Notes: generated by a model from the letters alone, not told the origin. Positions 18,561 to 28,044 are shown, counted from the stretch's first letter. The stretch: DNA of 35,618 nt from a bacterium (GCA_043818275.1 JBDRFY010000013.1:1-35618), one strand, 5' to 3'. Made by a program: numbers and translations.

Positions 18561-20829
18561 ATGGCTAAAAAGATTAAAAAAATGAATGATTTAAAGCTAT
18601 TAATTGTCGAATCTCCTGCAAAAATTAAAACAATATCCAAATTTTTGGGTAGTGATTTTAGAATATTGTCCACACTTGGACATATAAAAGATTTGCCAGC
18701 CAGAAAACTTGGCGTTGAAGTTGACAAAAAAAAGAAACTAATTTCGATTGAATATGTTGTAATGCCGGATAAAGGCAAAACAATTGCTGATATCTGCAAA
18801 CAAGCTTCACATTGTGGCGACATTTATCTGGCCACTGATCCTGATCGTGAAGGAGAAATTATTTCCTGGCATATTAGTCAGGAAATTGAAAAAGTTTTTA
18901 AAGACAAAACAAGAATTCATAGAATAACATTCAATGAAATTACTAAACCTGCAATCTTGCAGGCAATTCAGAATCAGTCTGTTATTGATATACATAAAGT
19001 TGAAGCTCAGCAGGCAAGACGGGTTTTAGATCGCTGGGTTGGTTATGAAGTTTCTCCAGTTTTATGGAAAAAAATCAAAAAAGGGTTATCTGCGGGTCGT
19101 GTTCAATCTGTAGCCTTACTATTAATATGCCAACGCGAAGAAGAGATTGTAAATTTCAAACAAGAAGAATATTGGTCTGTTCATGCTGATTTCAAACATA
19201 AAAAAGAAAACTTTCCGGCTGAACTTTTTAAAATTAATAATAAAAATGTTGAATTAAAAAACAAAGCCGAAACAGATAAAATATTAGACCAAATAAAAAA
19301 AGAATCTAATTATTCTGTTTCAAAAATTACAGAAAAGAAACGATTAAAAAAATCTGCTCCACCATTCATGACAAGTACATTGCAACAAGATTCATATAAT
19401 AAATTACATTTATCTGTTGACCGAACCATGTCAATTGCGCAAAAACTTTATGAAGGACTTCCTTTACAGGATCCAAGCAAACCTGAAGCATTAATAACAT
19501 ACATGCGAACAGATTCTTTACGTATTTCTGATACAGCTTTAAAAGATACCCGTGAATTTATTTCTAAAAAATATGGTAAAGATTACTTGCCAAAAACAAT
19601 AAGCGTTTACAGCAAAAAAGGGGCTCAGGATGCTCACGAAGCAATCCGGCCAATTAATGTAAATGTTACACCGGAAATTGCGCAAAAATATTTAAAACCG
19701 GATGAAGCCAAACTTTATTCATTAATTTGGAAAAGATTTGTTGCTTGCCAAATGACTGATGCAGAGTATTTTCAACGACAGGTTTTGGTTACAGGTGGAA
19801 AATTTACATTTAAAGCAACAGGTTCAACTTTAATGTTTGACGGTTTTTTTAAAAGTTTATTCTATTGAAGAAGAAGACGAAGATGAAAAATCTGTAAAAA
19901 TTCCAAAAGATATAAAAGAAAAAGATGATGTTAACCTACAAAAGGTTGAAGGAAAACAACATTTCACTCAACCTCCTGCGCGATATACTGAAGCAACATT
20001 GGTCAAAGAACTTGAAAAGCAAGGAGTGGGAAGACCAAGTACCTATGCCGCAATTTTAACAACTATTCAAAAACGGGAATATGCAACAAAAGAAAATAAA
20101 AAATTTCAGCCAACCGAACTTGGTAAAACCGTAGATAAAATGCTTCGCGAAAATCTGCCTGACATCATTAATGTAAAATTCACAGCACAAATGGAAGAAG
20201 ATCTTGATAAAATCGCAAGCAACGAGCTCGAAAGAAATAATGTCTTATTTGAATTTTATGACAAATTTCAAAAAGATCTTGAAAAATTTAAAGGCCAGGA
20301 AACAAAAAAAGAAGTTTTGGATATTAAATGTCCACAATGCGGCAAACCATTAGTAATAAGATTTGGAAAATCTGGGAGCTTTGTTGGATGTACCGGTTTT
20401 CCGGAATGTGATTTTACTTCAAACTTTAAAAAAGATGAAAAAGGTAATGTTATTTTATTACAACAGGAAAAAACTGAAATAAGCGAAATTCCCTGCCCTC
20501 AGTGCGGAAAATCCTTAATTAAAAAAATGGGAAAATTTGGATCCTTTCTCGCATGCCCTGGTTATCCTGAATGTAAATACATTCATCAGGAAGCTTTAAA
20601 AATGCCATGTCCTGAATGTGGAGGCAAAATCGTTAAAAGAAAATGGCGTGGTGGAAATTTCTGGGGATGTTCTAATTATCCAAAATGCAAATTCGCAATA
20701 TTTGGAGAGGTGGAAGAAAAACCTTGTCCAAAATGCAAATCACCTTACCTTTTAGTCAAAAAAGAAAAAGACGGCAAAACAATTTTGACATGTCCCAATA
20801 AAGAGTGTGATTACAAAGAAGAAACATAA
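18561..20829 (+). CDS. topA: DNA topoisomerase I, split by a single-base frameshift at 19844-19850
   Basis: LIVESPAK, ATDPDREGE, SAGRVQS, catalytic ITYMRTDS, AHEAIRP. The second frame has HFTQPPARYTEA, GRPSTYA and four zinc ribbons. Removing one T restores DGFLKVY. Confidence 0.95.
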
Positions 20830-20929
20830 AAAAACTCAAAAAATATTTGCCTTAAATAAAAAATTTTATTAAGATTTCCAGACCTGTTATAAAAATCTTA
20901 AAATCAATAGAATAATAATAAAACCACCC

Positions 20930-21457
20930 ATGATAAAATTAAAATTCTTAGCATTAATATTATTTACTTTTTTATTTTCATTATCTTTAAAAAGCAATCT
21001 TACGATATGCGAACAATGCAGAAAATTAACTCAAGAAGACATCAAAAAATTATTAGATGAAGAACAGAATTACTCTTATGTGGATAAAAAAAATGACTTA
21101 TTATTAACACATCTTAAAACTTGTCCCTTTTGTAACTTCAAACACTTCCCACCATTTTATATTAGTTTTTTATGTCATCCGGCAATAAAATATACAGTTA
21201 TAACAACCATCTTCATGATGATTTTCATTAAATTTCTTCCAGCACCAACAAAGCCTCCACAAATTGAGGAATTAATAACTCATTTTTTAAATAACCTTGA
21301 TTTACAAAACAATAGTTTTACTGAAATAATTGAAGATCTAATCAAATATGTAACATCTCTACATGCAGCATATGGAATTTATATTTCAGAATCAGAAACA
21401 TTTGCATACTGTCAAAAATTATTAACTCAATACTTTCAAATCAACTATTTTTTCTAA
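20930..21457 (+). CDS. Hypothetical exported/membrane protein
   Basis: Signal peptide, two CxxC (CEQC, HLKTCPFC) and one TM segment. Confidence 0.6.
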   Translation: MIKLKFLALILFTFLFSLSLKSNLTICEQCRKLTQEDIKKLLDEEQNYSYVDKKNDLLLTHLKTCPFCNFKHFPPFYISFLCHPAIKYTVITTIFMMIFIKFLPAPTKPPQIEELITHFLNNLDLQNNSFTEIIEDLIKYVTSLHAAYGIYISESETFAYCQKLLTQYFQINYFF

Positions 21458-23142
21458 AACATTTTCAAAATTATTGTTAACAAAATCCACAACGATTCAC
21501 TCGCAAAAACTCCTGACCAAAAAGATGTTTCTGTTTGTGTTTTTTTGGAAAAGTAAGAAATCACAGCGCCAATTGCCAAACCGATTGTAATTGTGTTTGG
21601 CATTAAAAGTCCACCAAAAACCATTGTTGGATTAAATTTTAATTTTTTCAAAATCCATCCATAAATAAAACCCAATCCAACCACATAAAAATCAAAATTA
21701 AGAGACTGAATTAACAATGCTCTTGATTTTGCCCGTTGCGCGAAAAGTTCCGCGGAACCAAGTTGCAAATTAGTAAATAAAATCCAAAAGAAAAAACCGA
21801 TGCTTAAAGATGTAACAATTAATCCCAACCACTGATATTTGTAAATTCGGTTAAAATTAATTTTGCAAAGATGCCCAACTTTATAATCAAAAAGTAAATC
21901 TGTGGCAGCTGCAGCACAAATATTATAAAACACACAAATAAAAGTTATCTGAAAATAATTAAGCTTAAAAAGAATCATCATCGGAATCATAATAAATGTC
22001 GCGAATCGGCCAAAAGGAACAAGCCCAACCTTACCACCCAATAAACTTATTTGATAAGTAAATAATAAAGTTAATCCTAAAAATAAAATTTGCGCTAACG
22101 GCATGAAGCCTAAAACATAAAGGAAAATAAAGCTTAAAGAAAAAAGAACAATTGGTTCTTTATATTTTATTATAAAATTTTTACTTGAAAAATTTCCCTT
22201 ATTTGAATGCAATTTATCAAGTTTTAAAAATTTAAATATTTTGTTTATCTGATCTTTAATTGAAAATAAAAAACCGGCAGAAATTCCTTCTTTAATTTTT
22301 TTAAACAAAATAACCGGATATTTTAAATTACCTAAAACAAATTCAGCTACAACCAGGCCACTGCAAAAAGCCATTAAAAATGTCTCTTTATTTATCATTG
22401 AAAAAAGAGGAATTGAATTAAGGGGGTAAACAATAATGTATCGCGAAAGCATTCCAACAAATAAGGGGGAAACAATTTTAATGCCCACAATAAAACCAAC
22501 AGCCCAAACGGTTGGCCAAATTGCTATCACAATTTCTTTACCCGCAAAACCCTGAAAAAAATAAATTGCCTGAGGAATAAAACCTTTAAATTTTAAAAAA
22601 CCGTCTCTTAAAAAACAAATTCCCAAAGTGGATAAAAAACCGGCCAACATGCTCTTGGCTTGTTTGTATTGCGATTGAGAAGAAATTGTTTCATAAATTA
22701 AATCACCTACAGGAAAGGAAAGTTTTTCCTGATTAATCAATTTATCAGCCCAAACCCTTGCCAACCAGAGGCCAAGTCCCCCTGCAATTAAGCAACTAAT
22801 TGCGATAAATCCACAAAAATAGAATGGATTTTTAATCCAGTTATTGAAAGATACAGGATCCAAAAAAAACAAGGTTGGTAAGGTAAAACCAATTCCAACA
22901 GCAATCAATCCACCAACAGACCCAGCAGTTTGCATCAAAGCAATATCCTGATTTATTTTTCCCTGACTTTCGTGAATTTTGCGAAACCTTAAAATTAACC
23001 CACCAATTAAAACCAAAACTGGAGCAATCCAGGGACCCACCATTGTCGACATAGCGATATAAGATAAAACGGCTGATGAAAAAAGAGAAAATAAAATACT
23101 TGGAATTATTAAAAAAAGATCCATAATCTCCTCAAAAAACAT
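21454..23142 (-). CDS. OPT/YSL-family oligopeptide transporter-like membrane protein
   Basis: Many TM helices; QTAGS, FTLP, LSFPVG and DLLFDYKVGH resemble OPT family motifs. Confidence 0.7.
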   Translation of the reverse strand: MFFEEIMDLFLIIPSILFSLFSSAVLSYIAMSTMVGPWIAPVLVLIGGLILRFRKIHESQGKINQDIALMQTAGSVGGLIAVGIGFTLPTLFFLDPVSFNNWIKNPFYFCGFIAISCLIAGGLGLWLARVWADKLINQEKLSFPVGDLIYETISSQSQYKQAKSMLAGFLSTLGICFLRDGFLKFKGFIPQAIYFFQGFAGKEIVIAIWPTVWAVGFIVGIKIVSPLFVGMLSRYIIVYPLNSIPLFSMINKETFLMAFCSGLVVAEFVLGNLKYPVILFKKIKEGISAGFLFSIKDQINKIFKFLKLDKLHSNKGNFSSKNFIIKYKEPIVLFSLSFIFLYVLGFMPLAQILFLGLTLLFTYQISLLGGKVGLVPFGRFATFIMIPMMILFKLNYFQITFICVFYNICAAAATDLLFDYKVGHLCKINFNRIYKYQWLGLIVTSLSIGFFFWILFTNLQLGSAELFAQRAKSRALLIQSLNFDFYVVGLGFIYGWILKKLKFNPTMVFGGLLMPNTITIGLAIGAVISYFSKKTQTETSFWSGVFASESLWILLTIILKMF

Positions 23143-23358
23143 ACATTTTTCGCAAAAATTAACTTTAAGGCCATAAATATAACTTTAAGAAATTGGTTTC
23201 GCAAGCGCTCCTAAAAACCAATAAAAACCCCATTTTTATTCCTCAAAAATAAAATAACTCTTCTTAAAATAAATTAAATAAACCTTTATTATTGCATATT
23301 TCAGTTCAAATTATTTACAATTAGTAATGAATAGGTGTGGATAAAAAGGAGTAAGCAA

Positions 23359-23823
23359 ATGGATATTAATAAAAAAAACTCACATTTATATCTAATTGGA
23401 ATATTATGCGCAAGTATAATAAGTTTGGGTTTTTTATATTTTATTTTCTTTGTTCCTCCAAAAATTAAAGGCTCAATTCTTGAATTTTCTATTTTTGAAA
23501 TTTATCCCCCACCAGAAGTTTTTAGGGGTTTTAACTATCCCAAATTACTTTCATTAATGGAAGATTGCAGAAAAATAGCCCTGGACTGGGGGCATGATTT
23601 TTACGAATTTACAAGCAACAAAGAAAATAAAATAAAAATTGATAAATTAATTGATCAATTCAAAGAAGAAAATTTTTTATTTAACAAATATTACAGAAAT
23701 ATCAGATTTAACCGCAGATATGATATTCCGGAACAACAACGCAAGGCCTTACTTTATTACTCTTATTCAATTGAAAACAGCATTAAAGAATTACAAGAAC
23801 TTTCCAGAAAATTTGATAACTAA
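23359..23823 (+). CDS. Hypothetical protein with N-terminal TM anchor
   Basis: ATG at 23359 preceded by AAGGAG; single hydrophobic segment. Confidence 0.6.
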   Translation: MDINKKNSHLYLIGILCASIISLGFLYFIFFVPPKIKGSILEFSIFEIYPPPEVFRGFNYPKLLSLMEDCRKIALDWGHDFYEFTSNKENKIKIDKLIDQFKEENFLFNKYYRNIRFNRRYDIPEQQRKALLYYSYSIENSIKELQELSRKFDN

Positions 23824-23825
23824 TA

Positions 23826-24776
23826 TTAATTAAAAATATTTTTTAAAAATTTATTAACTTTTTTTCTATATAAATCCAAATAAACATTGTGCAATCTTGC
23901 GTGTTGGCATTCAGGACCAACCCATAATCTACTTTTTTCATGAGTTGTGACAGCAAACATTTCCACACTATTTTTACTTGGAACAATATTATCATTTGAA
24001 GAGTGTATAAAGAAAATTGGTTTATTGATTTTTTTAACACTTTCAATTGGCAACATTTTATCAAAATTTATTTTTGAAACAAAATAAAAAACCCATTTGG
24101 TAACATAAAAAAACGGAAATCTTGGCAATCCTTTTGATCTGACATGAAAAGACTCATAAACTATTTCTCTTAAAGATTTAAAGGATGAATCAATAATCAA
24201 AGCATCACAAATATTTGGATTAATTTCAGTAGCTTTTAAAGATGCCGCCCCTCCCATTGAAGCTCCAAAAATAATTAATGGTAATTCACCATCATTTTTA
24301 GTTTTATTTTTCAAAAAAATTGAGGCATTTATAACATCATTGGATTCTTTAAATCCTATTGTTATCAGATCCCCCTCACTCTGACCATGCGCGCGAAAAT
24401 CAAACATTAAGATGTTATAATCAGGAAACATTTCCAAAAATAAATAGAAAAATTCTTTAATGCTGTGAATACCATGACAAAGTAAAAGATTTCCTTTTGG
24501 ATTTGGTCGTTTGAAAAAAAAACCTTTTAAAATTTGACCTTCATCATTTTTAAATTCTACTTCCCGCAAATCCGGCCGGGCTAAAATTTTAGGCTTAATT
24601 TCTTTTAATAATCCCGCGCGATGCCCACCTGATCGGGTATGTTCATTTGGAACAACAAGTCTTTTCATTGCCAGATAAGAAATAATTACAACGATAACAA
24701 TCAAAATTAAAGAAACAATTAAAAAAGAAAGAATAAAAAAATTTAAATCTTGCAATAACTGAAAATATACTGACAT
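23826..24776 (-). CDS. Membrane-anchored alpha/beta hydrolase
   Basis: LLCHG, FDFRAHGQSEG, nucleophile elbow GASMG, PIFFIHS..D..VP, late His. Confidence 0.88.
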   Translation of the reverse strand: MSVYFQLLQDLNFFILSFLIVSLILIVIVVIISYLAMKRLVVPNEHTRSGGHRAGLLKEIKPKILARPDLREVEFKNDEGQILKGFFFKRPNPKGNLLLCHGIHSIKEFFYLFLEMFPDYNILMFDFRAHGQSEGDLITIGFKESNDVINASIFLKNKTKNDGELPLIIFGASMGGAASLKATEINPNICDALIIDSSFKSLREIVYESFHVRSKGLPRFPFFYVTKWVFYFVSKINFDKMLPIESVKKINKPIFFIHSSNDNIVPSKNSVEMFAVTTHEKSRLWVGPECQHARLHNVYLDLYRKKVNKFLKNIFN

Positions 24777-24787
24777 TTTTTCTTATC

Positions 24788-25138
24788 TCAAAAACCCAGA
24801 TTTTTTCCGGCTAAAAAATGCCAGTGCAGATGAAAAACAATCTGGCCAGCTTCTTTACCATTATTTGAAACTAAATTAAAAGATGGAGCTCCATCAAGTT
24901 TTGATGCTAATTTTTTAGCAACCTTGATCATTTTCCAAATCAAATCTGAATGTTTTTCTTCCAGATCATTTATATTTTTTATATGTTCCTTTGGAATAAT
25001 TAAATAATGAATTGGAGCCTTTGGATTAATATCCTTGATAACCAAAATGTCATCATCTTCAAAAACAACATCACTTGGAATTTGTTTATTGATAATTTTG
25101 CAAAAAATACAATTAGAATCTTGCATCACCCATCCCAC
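24788..25138 (-). CDS. HIT family nucleotide-binding protein (HinT-like)
   Basis: CIFCKI, DINPKAPIHYLIIPK, AGQIVFHLHWH. Confidence 0.92.
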   Translation of the reverse strand: MGWVMQDSNCIFCKIINKQIPSDVVFEDDDILVIKDINPKAPIHYLIIPKEHIKNINDLEEKHSDLIWKMIKVAKKLASKLDGAPSFNLVSNNGKEAGQIVFHLHWHFLAGKNLGF

Positions 25139-25160
25139 AATAAAAAAGTTGTTGCTCCAG

Positions 25161-25219
25161 CCCTACTTCGTTTTTTCCTCTGAAGGTTAAACTGAAGGTT
25201 TCAAGCTATGAAGGGCATT
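25161..25219 (+). repeat. Mini-hairpin element, long-loop variant
   Basis: CCCTA-CTTCG-loop-CTATG-AAGGG-CATT. Confidence 0.55.
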
Positions 25220-25253
25220 CTTCGCCTAAATAATCATTCCATTTAAAAACTGG

Positions 25254-25313
25254 CCGTGCCACCCGTAGCCCATACACCTTTTGCAAATCTTCGAAAGTAA
25301 GGGCAAAGGGTGG
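25254..25313 (-). repeat. Mini-hairpin element overlapping the tRNA-Leu CCA end
   Basis: Minus strand CCACC-CTTTG-loop-CTACG-GGTGG-CACGG followed by a second CCA. Confidence 0.7.
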
Positions 25314-25397
25314 TGCCGAAGGTCGGACTCGAACCGACACAGTGTTACCACCACGGGATTTTGAGTCCCGCGCGTCTACCAGTTTCGCCACTTCGGC
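25311..25397 (-). tRNA. tRNA-Leu (CAA)
   Basis: GCCGAAGTGGCGAAACTGGTAGACGCGCGGGACTCAAAATCCCG...GGTTCGAGTCC...CTTCGGCACCA with a long variable arm. Confidence 0.96.
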
Positions 25398-25428
25398 CTT
25401 AAATTTCAATTAAATAAAGCATGTTTAT

Positions 25429-25456
25429 ATGCTAACAAAACGGATAATATCGTCAA
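25429..25456 (-). promoter_or_regulatory. Candidate sigma70 promoter for tRNA-Leu
   Basis: TTGACG-16 nt-TAGCAT on the minus strand, about 30 nt upstream of the tRNA. Confidence 0.35.
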
Positions 25457-25465
25457 GGTAATGGC

Positions 25466-26680
25466 TTAAAATAAATTTGCCATGTCAAAAATTGGCAAAT
25501 AAACAGATAGCATAAGCAAAGCTATCAGGATACCCACAAAAATCATTAAAACTGGTTGAAAAAATGTTGTTAAAACATACAACTTTGAATCTAGTTCTTT
25601 TTTAAAAAAATCCACTTGCCGTTGCAACATTAAATCAAGATTCCCCGTTCTTTCTCCAACAGAAGCCGCAACAATTAAACTTTGTGGAAAAAAATTTTCA
25701 CCTGCGATTTTTAAACTTTGCGTAAAAGAAGTTCCCTGGTTAACTAAATTAGTTAATTGCAAAATCTTTTGCCTGAAAACAAAATTTTTTACTGAATAAA
25801 GTGAATTTTTAAGCGATTCACTCAACGTAATTCCTGAATTTAAACAAATTGATAAAACAGATAAAAAACAAATTAAATCAAAATTTAAAATAAGATCCTT
25901 TATAAAAAATATTTTTAACAAAAATTTATCTTTTAAATTTCTAATTGATTCAAATTTGAATAAGAAATAAATAAAAAAACAACAAAACAAACTTCCCAAA
26001 AACCACCATTTAAAATCATCGGAACGTAAAAAATTACTTATTTTCAAAATTAATTGAGTAGAAACAGGCAATTGTTTATCCATCGAAAAATAAAGTGACG
26101 AAAATTGAGGAACAACAAAAATAAATATTCCTGAAATTATCAACAATGCAAATGAAATAGTTATAGTTGGCAACAATGCCGCCTGTTTTAATTTTTTGGT
26201 TAACTCATATCGTGTTGTTAAAAAAATACAAAGTTGTTTTAAAACAAAATCCAATTTTCCTATCCTTTCACCAACTCTTACCATCCAGACCATAAAAGGT
26301 GAAAAAATATCTTGTCGTTTTTGCAATGTATCTGAAAAGGATAAGCCCTCATCAACAGAACTCTCTATTTGTAAAACAACATTTTTAAACGCTTTGTTTT
26401 TTATCTGATTTTTAATCAAAGAAATTGATGTTAATAAATCAATTCCACTTTCAATTAAAGTTGACAGATTTTGAAAAAAATTAATTAGCTCAATTTGAGA
26501 AAATCGGACTAAGAAATTTAAACCTTTTTGAATTTTAAAATTAAAACTTTTTTTACTTTTTAATAAAGCAATCCCCTTTTCAAATAATTTACTTTTCAAA
26601 TCACTTGCAGATTCAGCATCTAATTTACCATTACAACTGTTTCCATATTTATCTAAACCCTGCCAGGAATATTTTTGCAT
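25466..26680 (-). CDS. Type II secretion F / type IV pilus platform protein (PilC/GspF)
   Basis: Two T2SSF repeats (LSTLIESGI...VGERIGKLD and VGERTGNLD), three TM helices, terminal YLPIFDM. Confidence 0.9.
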   Translation of the reverse strand: MQKYSWQGLDKYGNSCNGKLDAESASDLKSKLFEKGIALLKSKKSFNFKIQKGLNFLVRFSQIELINFFQNLSTLIESGIDLLTSISLIKNQIKNKAFKNVVLQIESSVDEGLSFSDTLQKRQDIFSPFMVWMVRVGERIGKLDFVLKQLCIFLTTRYELTKKLKQAALLPTITISFALLIISGIFIFVVPQFSSLYFSMDKQLPVSTQLILKISNFLRSDDFKWWFLGSLFCCFFIYFLFKFESIRNLKDKFLLKIFFIKDLILNFDLICFLSVLSICLNSGITLSESLKNSLYSVKNFVFRQKILQLTNLVNQGTSFTQSLKIAGENFFPQSLIVAASVGERTGNLDLMLQRQVDFFKKELDSKLYVLTTFFQPVLMIFVGILIALLMLSVYLPIFDMANLF

Positions 26681-26690
26681 ATTTCTTCCT

Positions 26691-26978
26691 TCAATTAATT
26701 TTCAATTGCTTTTCAACCCCTAATTTAAGCAATATCTCATCGTAAGATAAATTAGTATCAATTTTGATTTTTTTATTCCTGTCTTTCGCTCCCAGCACAA
26801 TTTCAATATTACTTTTTGGTAAACTCAGTTTTTTGGAAATTAATTTAATCAATTCATCATTCGCCTTACCTTTTTCAGGTGGATTTTTTAAATAACATTT
26901 CAATTTTTCCGATTTATCCAAGAAAAAGAATTGCCTGCCTGAAGCCGGAATTACCTTGACATCAATAATAAAAGACAT
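26691..26978 (-). CDS. DUF167/YggU family protein
   Basis: VKVIP, PPEKGKANDELIKLIS, IEIVLGAKDRNK. Confidence 0.88.
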   Translation of the reverse strand: MSFIIDVKVIPASGRQFFFLDKSEKLKCYLKNPPEKGKANDELIKLISKKLSLPKSNIEIVLGAKDRNKKIKIDTNLSYDEILLKLGVEKQLKIN

Positions 26979-27125
26979 AAAAACTCCACATTTTTTTTAA
27001 TTTTTATAGTTTATTATCAAAAAATAACACTAAAACGAGACAAGTTATTTAATATTTTTTATACTATGTTTTTCATGATAAATTTACTATAAAATTCAAT
27101 TTTCATTGATATTATTGATATATAT

Positions 27126-27399
27126 GCGCCTCCCTCGATTTACTCGGGACCGGCGCCGCTTCCGCCTACGCATAAAGCTACGGCGGGCATGCAATTGAAA
27201 TATTTAACATTTATATGCGCCCATAGCTTCCTGCTTCGCACTACCGAAGGACAAATTTTTGGTATCGCTTCGCAGGACAGGCAATTGGGATAATGACCCT
27301 ACTTAATAAAATGTTGAAATTATTTAATTTTTCCCGCGCCCATAGCTTCCTCCTGCGTACCGCCAAATGGCGGCACTACGGCGGACAGGCAATTGGATA
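27126..27399 (+). repeat. Array of three tRNA-Arg 5' fragments, each interrupted by a mini-hairpin at the same position
   Basis: GCGCCCATAGCT[insert]CAATTGG(G)ATA at 27217-27292 and 27336-27399; degenerate copy at 27126-27202. Confidence 0.85.
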
Positions 27400-27410
27400 A
27401 AATAATTTTC

Positions 27411-27487
27411 GCGCCCATAGCTCAATTGGATAGAGCGTCAGACTACGGATCTGAAGGTTAGAGGTTCAACTCCTCTTGGGCGCACCA
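27411..27487 (+). tRNA. tRNA-Arg (ACG)
   Basis: GCGCCCATAGCTCAATTGGATAGAGCGTCAGACTACGGATCTGAAGGTTAGAGGTTCAACTCCTCTTGGGCGCACCA. Confidence 0.96.
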
Positions 27488-27525
27488 CCCTTCGTACCGC
27501 GAATAGCGGCACTACGGGTGGCAGG
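27485..27525 (+). repeat. Mini-hairpin element overlapping the tRNA-Arg CCA end
   Basis: CCACC-CTTCG-TACCGCGAATAGCGGCA-CTACG-GGTGG-CAGG, then CCACCC again. Confidence 0.8.
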
Positions 27526-27622
27526 CCACCCAATATTATTTAAAATTGAGAAACAACTGGCTTTATTTTTAGTTCTTTCAAATTTTTATAAATTAACAAT
27601 ACTTCGATAATACAAAGTCGGG

Positions 27623-27653
27623 CCTGCCCCGACGAAGCTTTAGCGAAGTCGGG
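27623..27653 (-). repeat. Mini-hairpin element at the tRNA-Ser(GCT) 5' end
   Basis: Plus strand CCTG-CCCCGA-CGAAG-CTTTAG-CGAAG-TCGGG; AAGTCGGG is repeated on both sides. Confidence 0.8.
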
Positions 27654-27743
27654 AGAGGTGGCTGAGTGGTCGAAAGCGCTTGCCTGCTAAGTAAGTATCT
27701 GGGGAAACCCGGATCGAGGGTTCGAATCCCTCCCTCTCCGCCA
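27652..27743 (+). tRNA. tRNA-Ser (GCT)
   Basis: GGAGAGGTGGCTGAGTGGTCGAAAGCGCTTGCCTGCTAAGTAAG, long variable arm, GGTTCGAATCC...CTCTCCGCCA. Confidence 0.95.
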
Positions 27744-27778
27744 GTCTTCGCTTGCTACGCAAGCTTCGTCTGGCGCGG
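27741..27778 (+). repeat. Mini-hairpin element overlapping the tRNA-Ser(GCT) CCA end
   Basis: CCAGT-CTTCG-CTTGCTACGCAAG-CTTCG-TCTGG-CGCGG, then CCA. Confidence 0.75.
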
Positions 27779-27873
27779 CCATTTTTTTTAAATGATTTTT
27801 TACAAAAATTATTTGATATTTTTGTTCTTTTAAATTTTTATAAGTTTATTCCTTTGCCAAAGCGAAGTTGGGG

Positions 27874-27903
27874 CCTGCCCACCGTAGCCTTGGCGAAGGT
27901 GGG
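27874..27903 (-). repeat. Mini-hairpin element at the tRNA-Ser(TGA) 5' end
   Basis: Plus strand CCTG-CCCAC-CGTAG-CCTTGG-CGAAG-GTGGG; the last GG is the tRNA 5' end. Confidence 0.8.
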
Positions 27904-27993
27904 AGAGGTGGCAGAGCGGTTGAATGCGGCGGTCTTGAAAACCGTTATCCCCTTTGCGGGGGATCGGGGGTTCGAATCCCTCCCTCTCCGCCA
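27902..27993 (+). tRNA. tRNA-Ser (TGA)
   Basis: GGAGAGGTGGCAGAGCGGTTGAATGCGGCGGTCTTGAAAACCGT, long variable arm, GGTTCGAATCC...CTCTCCGCCA. Confidence 0.95.
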
Positions 27994-28028
27994 GTCTTCG
28001 CTTGCTACGCAAGCTTCGTCTGGCTTCG
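27991..28028 (+). repeat. Mini-hairpin element overlapping the tRNA-Ser(TGA) CCA end
   Basis: CCAGT-CTTCG-CTTGCTACGCAAG-CTTCG-TCTGG-CTTCG, then CCAGT again. Confidence 0.75.
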
Positions 28029-28044
28029 CCAGTAAAATTAACAT

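Noticed and set aside
19844..19854. Programmed -1 frameshift in topA at TTTAAAA
   Set aside because: Restoring the frame needs loss of one base (+1), not -1, and no stimulatory structure is evident.
27126..27410. CRISPR array or intron-containing tRNA genes
   Set aside because: The repeats are tRNA 5' fragments, the inserts are members of one hairpin family with unequal lengths, no cas genes are adjacent, and the fragments lack anticodon and T arms.
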